A stretch of 64,000 nt of DNA, taken from NCBI RefSeq assembly GCF_004010195.1, contig NC_057718.1:6362857-6426856 (forward strand), read 5' to 3'. The notes beneath the pieces are model-generated. The model was not told the DNA's origin. It worked only from the letters and a program-made list of their open reading frames with translations, and searched no databases. Below, in pieces: positions 13,040 through 26,052 of the stretch. A program made the translations under genes and the position numbers. Within the stretch, counting starts at the first letter, position 1; each line of letters opens with the position of its first letter. This DNA comes from Chiloscyllium plagiosum (lineage: Eukaryota).

Positions 13040-13230
13040 TGGTTAGGGTTGGTTAGTCATTTGGCTGGAAGGTGTTTTGTGATACTGAGTGAGACCAGCA
13101 GCTTGGACTCAATTCTCCCACTGGCTGAGATCAACATAAAGACCATAATGCTCAGCTTCACCCCTTGCCCGAGTTAAGCCACAACCAGTCATCTCCTTCT
13201 AATGAGAGAAAAGCGCTGTTGGAGTTTGAC
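13040..13230 (+). mobile_element. tRNA-derived SINE (family also at 26610, 60890, 62895, 63113)
   Basis: ttggctgga..ttgtgatactgagtgagaccagcagc..tcaatt..ggctgag..ccagtcatctc..taatgagaga. Confidence 0.6.
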
Positions 13231-13879
13231 AGCTACAATCAGATATTGTGGTGCTCTTTGAATCTTCCAGAATAAAAGCAAGTTGAAGTAATAGTTGGTA
13301 TTTCATTTTGGAAAGTTAAAAGTAAACAACTGAGCTTGTAAAGTGAGATAAGAGCAAAATACAACAGGTGCTGGAAATCTGAGATAAATTGCTAAGTGCT
13401 GGAGAAATTCAGCTTTTGTGGAGAGACAAACAGAGTTAACATTCTGAGTCTAATATGCCAGTATGAAGAGTCAAGCCAAGTAATTTTGACAGTTGGATAT
13501 GAGCATTAGGAGTTGAAGCCATATATAGAACTTAACGAGCAATCATTCTCTTAGAAGACTCTTGAACCAAGAACATATATTTAAAACTAAATGGCTGAAA
13601 CTCCTGGGCACACTGGAAGGATGACTGATGATTATGTGGCAATCTACACAAGCAAAACCTTTTTTCTATCATCTACATAAACCCAAGAAAGATAGACCAT
13701 GGGAGGGTGAAAGGAAGGCAACTCGACTGGGTTAAAAAAAAGGACAGTTGGGAATCCTAGGATCTATTGTGTAATGGTGGTACATCTTCGTCAGAATACT
13801 GGAAGTTATAAGGGAAGCTAATGGGAATTACTGGGGCTTTGGTTAATCTGTGGTTAACTAGAAATATAAACGATAGCAT

Positions 13880-16165
13880 CAAAATAAAAGGTAAAGGTAA
13901 CTACAAGGGCATGAGGGAGGAGCTGGCCAGAGGTGATTGGAAGGGGAGTCCAGTTGGGAAGATGGTGGAGTAGCAATGGCGGGAGTTTCTGGGGGCAATT
14001 CAGAAGGTACAGCAGAAACTCACCTCAAGGAAGAAGAAACATATAAAGGGGGAGGGGGGGGGGGGAACGAGGCAATCATGGATGACAAGGGGCATCAGAA
14101 ACAGTATAAAAGCAAAAGAAAAACCATACAATGTGGCGAAGTTTAGTGGGAAGCCACATGATTGGGAAGTCTTAAACAAAACAGCAGAGGATAATTACAA
14201 AAGCACTAAGGAGAGAGAGAAGATGAAATATGAGGGTAAGCTAGCCAGTAATATAAAAGAAGATTGAAAGAGTGCTTTTGGATATAAAGACAAAACATTG
14301 GACTGCTGGGAAATGAGGCTGGAGAAGTAGTAATGGGGAACAAAGAAATGGAAGTGGAACTGAATAGGTATTTTGCTTCAATTTTCATAGGGGAAGGCAC
14401 CGGCAACACACCAAAACTTCAATAGAATCGGCGGGTGGGGGCAGAGGTGAAGGCACGTGGGCCATTGCGAAGGAAAAGGTGCTGGAGAAGTTGAAAGGTC
14501 TGAAGGTGGATAAATCACCCAGACCAGATTGTCTATGCCCAGGGTTCTGAAGGAGTTATCTCGGGAGATCGCAGAAGCATTGATGGTGATCTTTCAGGAA
14601 GTGCAGCAGTCAGGCAGAGTCCCAGAGGACTGGAAAATGGTGAATATATTACCCCTGTTTAAGATGGGAGGGAGGCAGAAGGCAGGAAACTATAAGCCAG
14701 TTAGCCTGACCATCAGTTGTTGGTCAGATTTTAGAGTCCATTATTAAGGATGTGATTGAATCAGTACTTGGAAGTGCAAGTTATAAAAGGGGGCGGAGTC
14801 AGCACAGCTTCATCAAGGGGAGGTCATGCCTGACAAATCTGTTAGAAAAGTCTTTGAAAAGATAAAGAGCAAGTTAGATAAAGGAGAGCCAGTGGACATG
14901 ACTGATTTGGATTTCCAGAAGGTCTTTGACAAGGTGTCACACTGAAGGCTATTAAATAAGAAAAGAGTGTTAGGACAATGTACTGGCATGGATAGAGGAT
15001 TGGCTGACTGGCAGAGAGTAGTGATAAAAGGGTCTTTTTCAGGATGGCAACTGGTAAGTAGTGGAGTTCTGTCAGGGTCAGTGTTGGGATAACTATTATA
15101 CATTAACATTCTTGACAAAGGGACTGAGGGTATTGTTGCTAAGTTTGCAGATGATACAAAGATAGGTGGAGGGGTAGATTGCATTGAGGAGGCAGGGAGG
15201 CTGGAGTACAGGCTCAGAGAGTGGGCAAAACATTGTCAGAGGGAATATAATGTGGGATAGTGCAAGGTCATGCTTTTGGTAGGAAGAATAGAGGCATTGA
15301 CTATTTTCAGAAGGAGGAAAGGTTTTGAAATTCTGAAGCACAAAGAGACTTGGAAGTCCTAGTTCAGGATTCTCATAAGGGTAGCATGCAGGTTCTGATG
15401 GCAGTTAGGAAGGTAAATGCAATGTTTACGGTCATTTCAAGATGGCTAGAATACAAGAGTAGAGATGCACTGCTAAGTCTGTTTAAGTTGAAAATGTGTT
15501 GCTGGAAAAGCACAGCAGGTCAGGCAGCATCCAAGGAGCAGGAGAATCGACGTTTCGGGCCTAAGCCTTTCTTCAGGAATGAGTCTGTTTAAGGTTCTGC
15601 TCAGAAAGCATTTGGAAACTTGTGAGCAGTTTCAGGCCTCATATCTAAGGAAGGATGTGTCGGCATTGGAGGGGTCCAGAGGGGGTTTACAAGAATGATC
15701 TCAGGGATGAAGGGCTTATCATAAGAGGAATGGTTGAGGACTCTGGGTTTTTAATTGATAGAGTTTGGAAGGATTAGTGGGAGGGGGTGGCATTTCTAAC
15801 TGCAACTTACAAGTGACTGAGAGGCCTGAATAAAGTGAACGAGAAGAAGATGTTTCCACTAATCAGAGAGACTAGAAATCAAGGGCACAGCCTCAGAGTG
15901 AAGGGACAACCCTTTACAAATGAGATGGGGAGGAATTTCTTCAGCCAGAGGGTGGTGGATCTGTCAAACCAATTGCAACCGAAGGCTTGAAGGCTAAGTT
16001 ATTGAGTGTATTTAAAACAGAGATAGATAGGTTCTTGATTAGTAAAAGGGTCAAGGGTTACAAGGAGAAGGCAGGTTGAGAAACACATCAGGCCTGATTG
16101 AGTGGTGGAACGACCTCAATGGGCCAAATGGCCTAATTCTACTCTATTTCTTTTGGTTTTCTATG
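13880..16165 (+). mobile_element. CR1 (HER1-like) LINE, ~2.3 kb ORF2/RT plus 3' UTR, decayed
   Basis: PRVLKEL..VPEDWKMVNILPLFKMGGRQKAGNYKPVSLT; DFQKVFDKV; KFADDTKIGG; 3' UTR ending ttctatg. Confidence 0.93.
15488..15581 (-). mobile_element. Penelope terminal mini-insertion with hammerhead-like motif
   Basis: TSD agtctgtttaag at 15476-15487 and 15582-15593; minus strand reads ctgaagaaaggcttaggcccgaaacgtc. Confidence 0.85.
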
Positions 16166-16459
16166 AATCATATAATTGTGCAAAGACAGATGGCGGGTCA
16201 CAAGGTTGGAAATAATATTACAAACAAACAGTGACGAGTGACCAGAAATTAATAAGGAGGGAATGTGAGAGAAGGTAGGCCAGAAATTTAGTAGGAGTTT
16301 GTCAATAAATATTTAAAGAAGAAAAGAGTTATCAAAGTGTTGATCCTTTAGAAAGTGAGACTGGTAAATCAGTCATAGAAATAAAGACACAGCATATGAA
16401 TTGAAGAAGTATTTTGATTTGGTCTTCCCAATACAGGATACGAGAATTATGCCAGCAGC

Positions 16460-16710
16460 AGTGGATGCAGAGTTCTTGAATATTTTTAAGGTAACTTCAT
16501 GGTAAGAAGGAAGGTGGAAGGTTGTCAGGTGCAGGTGGGAACGCAGATTTGAATTTCCACTCTGATCAGCCATGACCTGAATGAACGATGGAGCAGGGCC
16601 AAGGGGCTGAATGGCCTCCTCCTACACATTATTGATTTGTTGGAATGTCGCAATGTTCATGTGAGGGATATATTTGCCATAGAGGGAGTGCAGAGGAGGT
16701 TCACCAGAAC
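16460..16710 (+). mobile_element. CR1 fragments
   Basis: 3' UTR (gatcagccatga..ggggctgaatggcctcctcct) and DIFAIEGVQRRFTR. Confidence 0.65.
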
Positions 16711-17597
16711 AGTTCCCCTGTATTGTAACAACTCTGTGATTTACTCGCACAGCATTAATGATTCTGGCGAGATTGCCAACTCTTCCCCATCCACTAGTTC
16801 TACTCAAAAGGTGAAAATTGGTCTTCTTGTTGAATCACTGCAGTTTTTGTGATGATGAATCTCCCAGGAGGAGATAGTATTCCTGGATATTGGCTAATTT
16901 TGGATTAAGTGAAGGAAACATTTGCTAATGGGCTGGTGTGAGTGAACTGGAGGGGCTGCCAGAAGTTGTTCTGGAATTCAACTCCATGCCATGACTCCAG
17001 TCTTTTTACGGGAAGAGCTATGTTTCCTTGGACACTATCCTTCCAGGTGAAATGAGACAAAAGTGCAGGAATCCATGGCTGCTAAATGAAGACAAGACAG
17101 GGGCACTATCAAGAGAAGACACAATTCTTGCAAAAGTTCCTTTTAAAAGGTAATGCCCAACCATGAGTCCATGTAGGACTTCCTGTTTCCAAGAAAAATA
17201 AGGACAATATTCAAGTACAAAGTGGTAGCACTAGCCTGAGTTAATAATAAACTATTGGAGCAAAAGTGGCAATTTGTTTGTGCCTGTTGCAAATGATGAT
17301 AAATGATTCATTTGAGTTTCACTAAGACTGATAGAAAACATATGGTCTGATATTGTATGCAACGTGGTTCTGAAAGATTACTTGTCTTCTTTTTGGAATT
17401 AAAGTAACTAGTCTCATCGGTGCTCAAACTATTGGCAGAGGATGGTTTTTGCTAAATCGTAAATTCAAGTTTGATCTTCCAACCACAAATGGTACTGCCA
17501 TTTGGAGGGAAGTCGGTCTCTTGTGAGACAGTATTTCACCTGGGACATGCACACTGCTGACTGCATTGACTAAAATGGAGACTGCGGCTCAAATTAT

Positions 17598-17950
17598 TTT
17601 TTAAAACTTCACTCATGAGATGTGGATGTTGCTGACTGGGCCAGCATTTTTTTGCCCGTACCTAACTGCCCTTGAGAATATGGTGTTGAACTGCCCTCTT
17701 GTAGTCCATGTGTTGTAGGCAGACCCACAATGCAATGAGGGAGGGAGTTCCAGGATTGTGACCCAGCGACACTGAAAGAACGGCGATATATTTCCAAGTC
17801 AGGGTGGTGAGTGGGTTGGAGGGGAATGTACAGGGGGTGGCGTTCCCATGTATCTGCTGCCCCTTGTCCTTCTTGGGAGTAGTATTTGGAAGGTGCTGTT
17901 GAAGGAACCTTGGTGAATCTCTTGCAAATGGCAGACACTGCTGCTACTGA
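17598..17950 (-). mobile_element. Zenon-like CR1-group LINE 3' end
   Basis: WERHPLYIPLQPTHHPDLEIYRRSFSVAGSQSWNSLP and the family tail. Confidence 0.85.
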
Positions 17951-18711
17951 GGGTTAGTGGCCGAGAATGTTGATGCTTGTGAGTTTACTTTCAAATCCAA
18001 GTCAGCTGTGGAGTGGATAACACAAGGGCGCAGTAAGTAGTTTCTAGATTCAGAGTCATTGTTTAACTTGGAAGCACAACCCAAGCACAGGGATGAAGGT
18101 TTCAAAAGCAGATTTGGCTTGAGACTCAAGGTTGCGAATAAGCACTTGGGGTGAGCCTGAGTTAGATTATCTCTGGGCACAGTCAAGCATTAATACTCAC
18201 CAGCAGGAGTTCAATAAGCAGAGTTTAGACAATGCCATAACTGTCATGGGGGCTGTCTTTGCAGGAAGAATTAATGAAAATAAATATCAGGTGCTGGTTC
18301 GGCCCAGAGTGGGAAATGTGTAAGATTTGCATGTATTATTACATGGAAATAATTATGAAAATTACTGTCAAAAATTGGTTCATGGATCTGAAATAAACTT
18401 TTTTGATGGTTTGACCTCACCTGGATTAACTTGGCAGTGACTCCCATCATCTCCAAACCACACATCACCCTGACTTTGCCAAGTATTGCCATTTCATGAT
18501 TAACATTATCAGACAGTGCCTAAAGGAGCTGATTAAATCTCAAAGAGTTGCCTGCTGCAGGAATAGATAGCACAGAGGTGTGACGATACTGTCACTTTAA
18601 AAAGGCTATTTTGTCCTTGGTTTTTATTTGAAGAGAGGTCATAAAGGCAGAAGTGTCGAAAAGTCTGGAAGGGTGTGTCCTAATCTCCTAGTTCACGGTT
18701 TTTCTAGGACC

Positions 18712-18855
18712 AAGAGAGTCGACATTTCGAACAGAAGCTCTTCATCAGGAATGTTGACTCTCCTGCTTCTCGGACACTGCCTGACCAGCTGTGCTTTTCC
18801 AGCACCACACGTTTGTCCTCTGATCTGCAGCATCTGCACTCCTCACTTTCTCCAG
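18712..18855. mobile_element. Penelope terminal fragment with short inversion
   Basis: gtcgacatttcg..ctcttcatcaggaatg joined to gactctcctgct..cagcatctgcactcctcactttctcc. Confidence 0.75.
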
Positions 18856-19144
18856 GCTTTTGTTAGTTTGTTTTTAAGGTAGCAGTCAAAAGGTGTGTGA
18901 TTCCAGGAGAGATGCAAGCTGTCGTAAAGAATTCCTCTGGCTTTTTTCTGACATCTCTCTCTGGATGTTATTCCCTCCTGCCTGTAAGAGTCTGTGTTTG
19001 AATTTACCTTTTTGCCAAAAGGTGTGTTTATGGGATGTTATTGTGTTGGAACAGTTAACTAGTAATAGCTACTGGATCGGGTCGGTTAAGGTTTCCCATG
19101 GTTGAGTTATTCTAAATTCCATTTTCTTTTCTGTTTCAACTGTA

Positions 19145-19500
19145 GTCATGGAAGTCATAGAATAAAGTCATAAAATGCTTACAGTGTGGAAACAGGCCCT
19201 TCGGCCCAACAAGTTCACACTGACCCTCTGAAGAGTATCCAAAACCATTCCCCATTTACTCTACATTTACCCCCTGACTAATGCACCTAACCTACACATC
19301 CCTGATCAGTACGGGCAATTTAGCATTGCCAATTTACCTGACCTGCACACCTTTGGGCTGTGGGAGGAAACCGGAGCACCCAGAGGAAACTCACGCAGAC
19401 ACACGGAGAGAATGTGCAAACTCCACACAGACTGTCGCCCAAGGCTGGAATCGAACCTGGCTCCATGGCATTGTGAGGTAGAAGTGCTAACCACTGAGCC
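19145..19500 (-). mobile_element. HE1-type V-SINE
   Basis: Full reverse copy. Confidence 0.9.
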
Positions 19501-20114
19501 TGTTTAAATAGATTCTGTTTTGCTTAAAACCAAGTAGTTTGACCAGTTGCATCACACCTGGAACACCCACTTCACTTCTGCTTTAAAAAAAGAAATAGTA
19601 AGTGTCTAGGTTACCCTCTTAATATATTTTGAGGGGGTCTGGTCTGGTCCATAACAGACAGCAATGTGTTTAAAAACTGGAGGCACTACACGTTCACTCT
19701 TAATCTAAAAGTTCCCAGTCAAGTGTTGACAGTTTTGGCAGTAAAGCAGTCACTTGTTGGAATTTGATTGGTGAAGATTGAGTCACCTGCAGGAGGCGCT
19801 TATGCAAACCAAAACCAAATCTGTCTGTATCCCTCACCTCACTGCACCGGTTTATTTTTTGTATTTTTGATTGTGGGTTAAAATGGAACCGTTTCAAAAT
19901 CAGAGACTGCGGAGGTGACTACACTTTGAAAGCAAGTCACCGAACCTCATTATGCTCAATGTTTCACTGCTGTTTTGTTTAAGCAGTAGGGGTACGATGT
20001 TGATGAAATTCACGGCAATGGGACATGTGTGTGTGTAGAGTGCGATTTTGTTGATCCGTTGTTCAATTGTCCTGGTTTTGGGCAGAATAAACAATAGCTT
20101 TCTTATCCAGTGTC

Positions 20115-20420
20115 TCAGAGGAGATGATGACCTCGTGGTATCATCACTAAACTATTAATCCAGAAACTCAGCTCATCTTCTGGGGACCTGGGTTTTATTG
20201 CCACCACAACAGATGAACGTGAATTCAATAAAATTATAAAATCTGGAATTAAGAATTTACTGATGACCAGGAAATTATTCTTGATTGTCAGGTAAAGTCT
20301 GTTTGGTTCACTATTGTGATTCAAGGAAGGAAATCTGTCATCTTTACTTGATCTGGCCTACATGTGACTCCAGGCCGAGAGCAATGTGGATGACTCTCAA
20401 ACACCCTCTGAAGTGGCTAA
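20115..20420 (+). mobile_element. tRNA-SINE (Zenon-like tail family)
   Basis: gtggtatcatcact..ttaatccaga..tggggacctggg..tctggcctacatgtgactccag. Confidence 0.75.
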
Positions 20421-20706
20421 GACAGTCATACAAGGATCTCACCCTGCTCTGTATATTGTGTACATGGTTTAAGAAATGGTTCTAATGTCCAAGACCTCCT
20501 TCACCTTCAGCTCCAAGCACATTTACAACATATCCGAGTGAATATTAGTGAACATTTTCATTAATGTGATGGACCACAGATCATTATGTTAACTCTGTGT
20601 AGTGCCCTTCTAGAGATTTTATACTCATGTATATCACACTCAAATATACTGTACCCAGGCATAGATCTCCAGAGAATCTCCATAGATTCAGAGCTGGCGC
20701 ATTCAA

Positions 20707-20968
20707 AGACTGTCTGTGTGGAGTTTGCACATTCTCCCTGTGTCTGTGTGGGTTTCCCCCAGTACTCTGGTTTCGTTCCAGAGTCCAAAGTTGTGCAGGT
20801 CAGGTGATTGGCCATGCTAAATAGTACCAAGGGGTTTTTAGTCTAGGTACATTAGCCATGGGAAATGCAGGGTTACAGGGTAAGGGGGTGGGTCGAAGTG
20901 GGATGGTCTTCAGAGGGTCGGTGTGGGCTTTTTGGGCCGAATGGCTTATTTCCAAACTGTGGGGCTTC
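20707..20968 (+). mobile_element. HE1-type V-SINE, 5' truncated
   Basis: Starts at gactgtctgtgtggagtttgcac. Confidence 0.85.
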
Positions 20969-21407
20969 TCAGAATAACAAACTCAGACAGTAGAAGCTAA
21001 AAATGAAGCTTTCAGATGTTACAGAGATGCCACACTTAGAAATGTTACACACAGAGGTAACGTGTCACACTGAGCTAGGGGACGCGATTCAGATGTAACT
21101 AAAGATGTAACTTTTCAAAACAAAAGCCCACTCCTGGTGTTTTCCCAGCAAGCCATGTGCTGAGTCTGAGCTGTCTCCTGATGTGTCAGACTCAATTCCA
21201 CAAGTGTCTTACTCGTTGTCAAAATAAAATTTCAAGGGGGCATGTGTGGAACAGCTTTCTCCATTGACACATTGCCTACTTGATCATCTTGTGGCTAACT
21301 TGGCCACAGGTCAAAGAAAATGCTAACGAGCTGACTGTTCCAGTCATTTGCAATTAACATTTATCACTCTGTATAAACAATGCCAGGCCACAGGACAGAT
21401 GTGTTTT

Positions 21408-21618
21408 TGAAATAACTCTGCAGAGGCTGGTAGACACCCTTTCGTGACACATGGAGAGTCCTTGACACTGACCCAGCTCCCTCAGAGCCAGCTTTCAGAG
21501 TGAACAGAACCTCTGACACTCCTGTTTCTATCCATCCGCTAGGACTCCCTGATTGGACCATATCAGGGAACTCACATTCTCGAAGGTCCAGCTTGCTGAC
21601 ATCATGATAATTGTTACA
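21408..21618 (-). repeat. Gypsy 3' LTR
   Basis: TG...CA termini (tgaaataac...gttaca), homologous to 25770-25919. Confidence 0.85.
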
Positions 21619-22199
21619 TCGCTCACCCTCTGAGTCTGAGGATTTAGGCCTTTATTTTATCGAGCATATCCTGGGGCATTTTAGCACCAGATCGTCCAAC
21701 TCCTCCACAGATACAGGCGGTGTGTAACACACAGTAGCTCATCTGTTCTGCCCCCCCCGGAGCTTCTCAGAAGAAATTCATTCTCTTCTTCAGGTGGCAA
21801 AGACATGGAGACATCCACCATGTCCATCTCAGATTCCAAGGTATCTTCAATGGTTGACAGAGAGGGAGAACCCATACGTTCTGAAACAGCTGGAAAGGCA
21901 AAGGAGGAGCCCGGGAGGTTTGCTCACACTCCATTTGTGAGTTTGCAGCTTTCGTATGTTCCACGTGCTTGTTCAGGACCGTCACACCCACCCAAACGAT
22001 ATATATCACAGCACCTGATCTTGCATTGACCATGCCTCCTACCCATGGGGGGCCATTCCAATGATTCCTACACCACACATCATCCCCTGAAGAAAACTGT
22101 CTCTCTCGCGTAGTGGAGTCTTGTGACCAGCTTGCAGTTTCAATCTCCCCCCAGGTCCAGGAAGATCAAATTCAACTTGGTGTGGAGTCTTCTCCCCAT

Positions 22200-22870
22200 T
22201 AGTAACTCTGCTGGAGCTGCCCCTGTTGTTGCATGAGGGGTGGCCCTATAATCAAACAGGAACCGGGATGGTTTGGTAGCGAGTGAAGCTGTAGGCTGTT
22301 TCTTTAAGCCGTCCTTCGAAGTTCAGACTGCTCTTTCAGCCAGACCATTGGATGATGGATGGTATGGAGCTGTCCTTATATGTTCAATACCATTTGATTT
22401 TAGAAAATATTCAAATTCCCTGCTGGTAAATGATGGTTCGTTATCTGTGACCAACTTTGAGGGGCCTGCGTATGATGCACACAGTTTTTCTATCATCATC
22501 CCTGTGTCTGAAGAGTGAGCTCTATACACATCCAGCCACTTTGACTGGGTGTCCACGGTGATGAAGAACATTGAGCCCAGTCGATGTGTAACTGAGTCCA
22601 CGGTTTACCCGGCCATTCCCACGAATGTGGGGGAGCTGCTGGTGGCAATTTTTGACCTTTTTGGTACTCTGGGCACTGCCACCACCAACATGGCTATGTC
22701 TGCATCCAATCCTGACCACCAGACAAAACGTCTCACCAACATCTTCATTTTGGAAACCCCTGAATGAACTCCCCCCACCCCCAACCCCAATCCCCGGCAG
22801 AGTTCAGCCAGTATGTGGTAGTGACTTTTGCTCGGGACAATCACTCTTGCACTTCATAATTATATGCTGT
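22200..22870 (-). pseudogene. pol: Gypsy integrase region, frameshifted
   Basis: HSGVSKMKMLVRRFVWWSGLDADI and core VTDNEPSF..PYHPSSNGLAERAV. Confidence 0.85.
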
Positions 22871-22880
22871 CCTCTATTGT

Positions 22881-23177
22881 GATTAGATTAGATTACTTAC
22901 AGTGTGGAAAAAGGCCCTTTGGCCCAACAAGTCCACACCGACCCGCCGAAGCGCAACCCACCCAGACCCATTCTCCTACATTTACCCCTTCACCTAACAC
23001 TACAGGCAATTAGGCATGGCCAATTCACCTAACCTGCATATTTTTGGACTGTGGGAGGAAACCCGAGCACCCGGAGGAAACCCACGCAGACACGGGGAGA
23101 ATATGCAAACTCCAGGGAATTGAACCCAGGTCTCTGGTGCTGTGAGGCAGCAGTGCTAACCACTGTGCCACCGTGCC
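22881..23177 (-). mobile_element. HE1-type V-SINE nested in Gypsy pol
   Basis: (gatta)n tail to ccactgtgccaccgtgcc head. Confidence 0.92.
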
Positions 23178-23584
23178 TGGTCTCCCTGGATCCAAAATGT
23201 CTTCAATTCTGGCTGTGACAGCCCTTTGGTTTCCCCCATCACCCCCTGCTGTTTCAGTTTTGCCAGGACCGGATCTTTCTGCTTCCAAAGTCCGATATTG
23301 TCAGAAATATCAGAAGTGTGTCCAGAAAATTTAAAACATTATGGAACTGCTCTCGTGGTGGTACCTCTGCTGGGATATCTGCCAATGGGAGGCTCAATGC
23401 ATCAAGGTGTTCCAACTTGTAATTATCCGCATTTGATATCAGAGCCCATCCCTGAATTCAGCCTGAAGCTATGGACAGCAACGTTTACTCTTTAAGTAGT
23501 CCTAACAGGGACTTATGGTCCATTATTATTACAAATTTATGTCTGTAAAGGTATTGGTGAAACATCATGACTCCAAATATAACC

Positions 23585-23729
23585 AGGCAAATGTGAGGAC
23601 TGCAGGTGCTGGAGATTAGAACCAAGAGTATGGTGCTGGAAATGCACAGCAGGTCAGGGAGCATCTGAGGAACAGGAGAATTGAAATTTTGGGCAAAGCC
23701 TCTGTGCTTTTCCAGCACCACATTCTTGG
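23585..23729. mobile_element. Penelope mini-insertion with partial inversion, nested in Gypsy RNase H
   Basis: TSD ctccaaatataacc at 23571-23584 and 23730-23743. Confidence 0.85.
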
Positions 23730-25769
23730 CTCCAAATATAACCGTCAAACCTCCCCCCACCCCGATCTGGGTGGGATTTACACTCTGCATTAGCCAATGT
23801 CCTGGGTGCATATGCTATTGAGAATTCCTCTCTATTGAGCCACCTATAAGCTAATATCAGATCTTGCTTGGTATCATAATGTGCCAACACCTTCGAGGAT
23901 GATAACTCTTTTTTCACTTCCATGAAATCTGTAGCTTGGCTACATGACCATTTCTAAGGCTGACCACTTTTTCAGGAGATGATGCAAAGGTGCCAGGATG
24001 GAGGCCGGGTTATGTATGAACTTTCTGTAATAATTCACCAGCTCGGGGACAGACCTAAACTGTGGTACTGACGTGGGAGCCAGGGCACCTCTGATCGCCC
24101 TCACGTTATTTTCCAATGGGTATAGCCTGGTCCTCATCTAACCACAAATGCCAGTGCACACAGCTCTTGTCCAGCTGTGTGAAGGACAGCTTCCCCTGAC
24201 AGCTCTGTGTATAAATCCTCTCTGTGAGGGATTGGGTATTTATCCAGCTGTGAGAAGCAGTTTATTGCTTGTTGAAAATCCCATAAAGGCAAAATGACTC
24301 ATCAGGTTTCACAATTGGGATGATCGGTGCTGCCCATTCCACATACTGGGCTGGTTTGATGATTCCTTTGCTTTCCAACCTCCTGATTTCTGCCTCTACT
24401 TTTCCCCATAAGGCAAATGTCACTGGGCAGGCCTTGCAGAATCATGGAATTGCTTCCTGGTCAACTTGTAAGTTGGTCGTGGCTCCTTTGATAGCCCTTA
24501 GACCTTCCTGAAAAACCTCCGGGTATTTAATTGGGACTTCACTCAGGCAGCCATTTTTGAATCAAAAAATGCTGAACCAATCGAGGTGAATCTTTCACAA
24601 CCAATCAAGCTTGAGCCTGAGCCTTTTACTAAAATCAGTGGAAACTGAAGTGGCTGCTTCTCACAAAGCTGTATCCTTAATCTGTAACGGTTCCTTGGTA
24701 TAGGTTCTCAATCTGGCTGAGGTCTCACCCAAATGTAAGGATTGGAGTCCAGAGCGAATTTTGTTAAAGACTGGTTCTGCAATCACTGAAATGGTTGCAC
24801 TGGTGTCGACCTCCATTAGAACTGGGTGACCACTTAACCAGACATTAATTTTGATTGGCTCTGATTTGGAAGTTACTCAGCAATTTAACTGTTCCAAACC
24901 TCATGTAAGTAGACTGTCCTGGATACTGTCCTCTCTATGAGTTCTCTTAATCCCTTTGGGTCTAATGGGACTCTTTTGTTGTCTTGGGTCTACCCACCGG
25001 CAGCAACTACAATGGTTTGCTGGCCTGGATCCTGAAGAAAATGTTAACTGTTTGGCTGAGACTTGGCTTTGTTTTGGGATTTGCTGTGGGCTGACCTGGA
25101 GTCTCTCTTATCCGGATATGTCCTGAGTGAGGCTACACAATTGCCTTCACTCCCCATGCTCAGTCAGACTGGCATGGAAACGCACTCCCATCGGTATACT
25201 CTGCAACGTCTGTTCTAATCATAAAGCCAGTTGTGATGCCTGTTTGATGCCCAGATGGGATTCAGCTGCTAAGTACTTTTCCATGGTTATATAATTAATC
25301 CCACATACCAAATGATTTCTCAACATCTTATTAAGGGTTAACCTAAAGTCGCATACTTCTGTCAGTCTTCTTAACTGAGTCAAAATCCTGATACAGATTG
25401 CCCTCATTCTCGAATTGCCAGGTAGCATCTCAGAATTATAGGAGACGTGGGGTTGTGAAATTCCTTAACTAAATCTGGCAACTCTTGAAAGGTTTTAGCT
25501 TCCGTAGAAGGTGAATCTCCTAATAACCGAAAAAGCCGGAGGTCCACAAGCTGTCAGGATAATAACTGCTTGCTTTTAATCTGCCCCCAATGGTCATTTG
25601 CCTGGAAAAATAACCCATTCTTTCCATGAATTGGGTGTAATCTTTGATGCTAGGATAGAACGAGTCAAGCTTTGCAAATACTGGCATGATGCCAGAAATG
25701 CTCACCCCAACTCAAAGACAACAGTTGCGAGTCAATCTCTTCAGGAGCATGCTTTGCTCTTGTCACCAC

Positions 25770-25919
25770 TGAAATAACTCCACAGAGGTTGGTATCCCAT
25801 TAATAAGTCATCCATTATTTACTTTTGGAGAGTTCACTGATCCAGCTCCTTCAGAGCCAGCTCTCAGAGTGAACAGAACCTCTGACATCCTGTTTATATC
25901 TGTCAGCCAGAGCTCCCTG
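25770..25919 (-). repeat. Gypsy 5' LTR, outer end lost
   Basis: Aligns with 21408-21550; followed on the minus strand by a TGG primer-binding site at ~25757-25768. Confidence 0.82.
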
Positions 25920-25981
25920 CACCCTCCAGCCTCTCCAAAGTTTGATGGAAATAGAATGGAACATTACAGACATTTGCATGG

Positions 25982-25982
<1 letters not shown>

Positions 25983-26052
<70 letters not shown>
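25983..26052. repeat. (GATA)17 microsatellite
   Basis: Perfect tetranucleotide run. Confidence 0.97.

Larger units (their letters stand above)
18579..19656 (+). mobile_element. Probable solo LTR with nested PLE fragment and HE1 SINE
   Basis: Termini TGTGA...ATAACA; no clear TSD; no partner in the window. Confidence 0.5.
21408..25919 (-). mobile_element. Decayed Gypsy/Ty3 LTR retrotransposon (gag-PR-partial RT-RH-IN)
   Basis: LTR copies at 21408-21618 and 25770-25919; PBS-like TGGTGACAAGAG; purine-rich tract next to the 3' LTR; gag MPVFAKLDSF; protease MEVDTSATISVI; RH DHKSLLGL; integrase TDNEPSFTSREF..TAPYHPSSNGLAERAV. Confidence 0.92.

Noticed and set aside
18575..19660. TSD for the putative solo LTR
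   Set aside because: Flanks gagg and gaca match at only two of four bases
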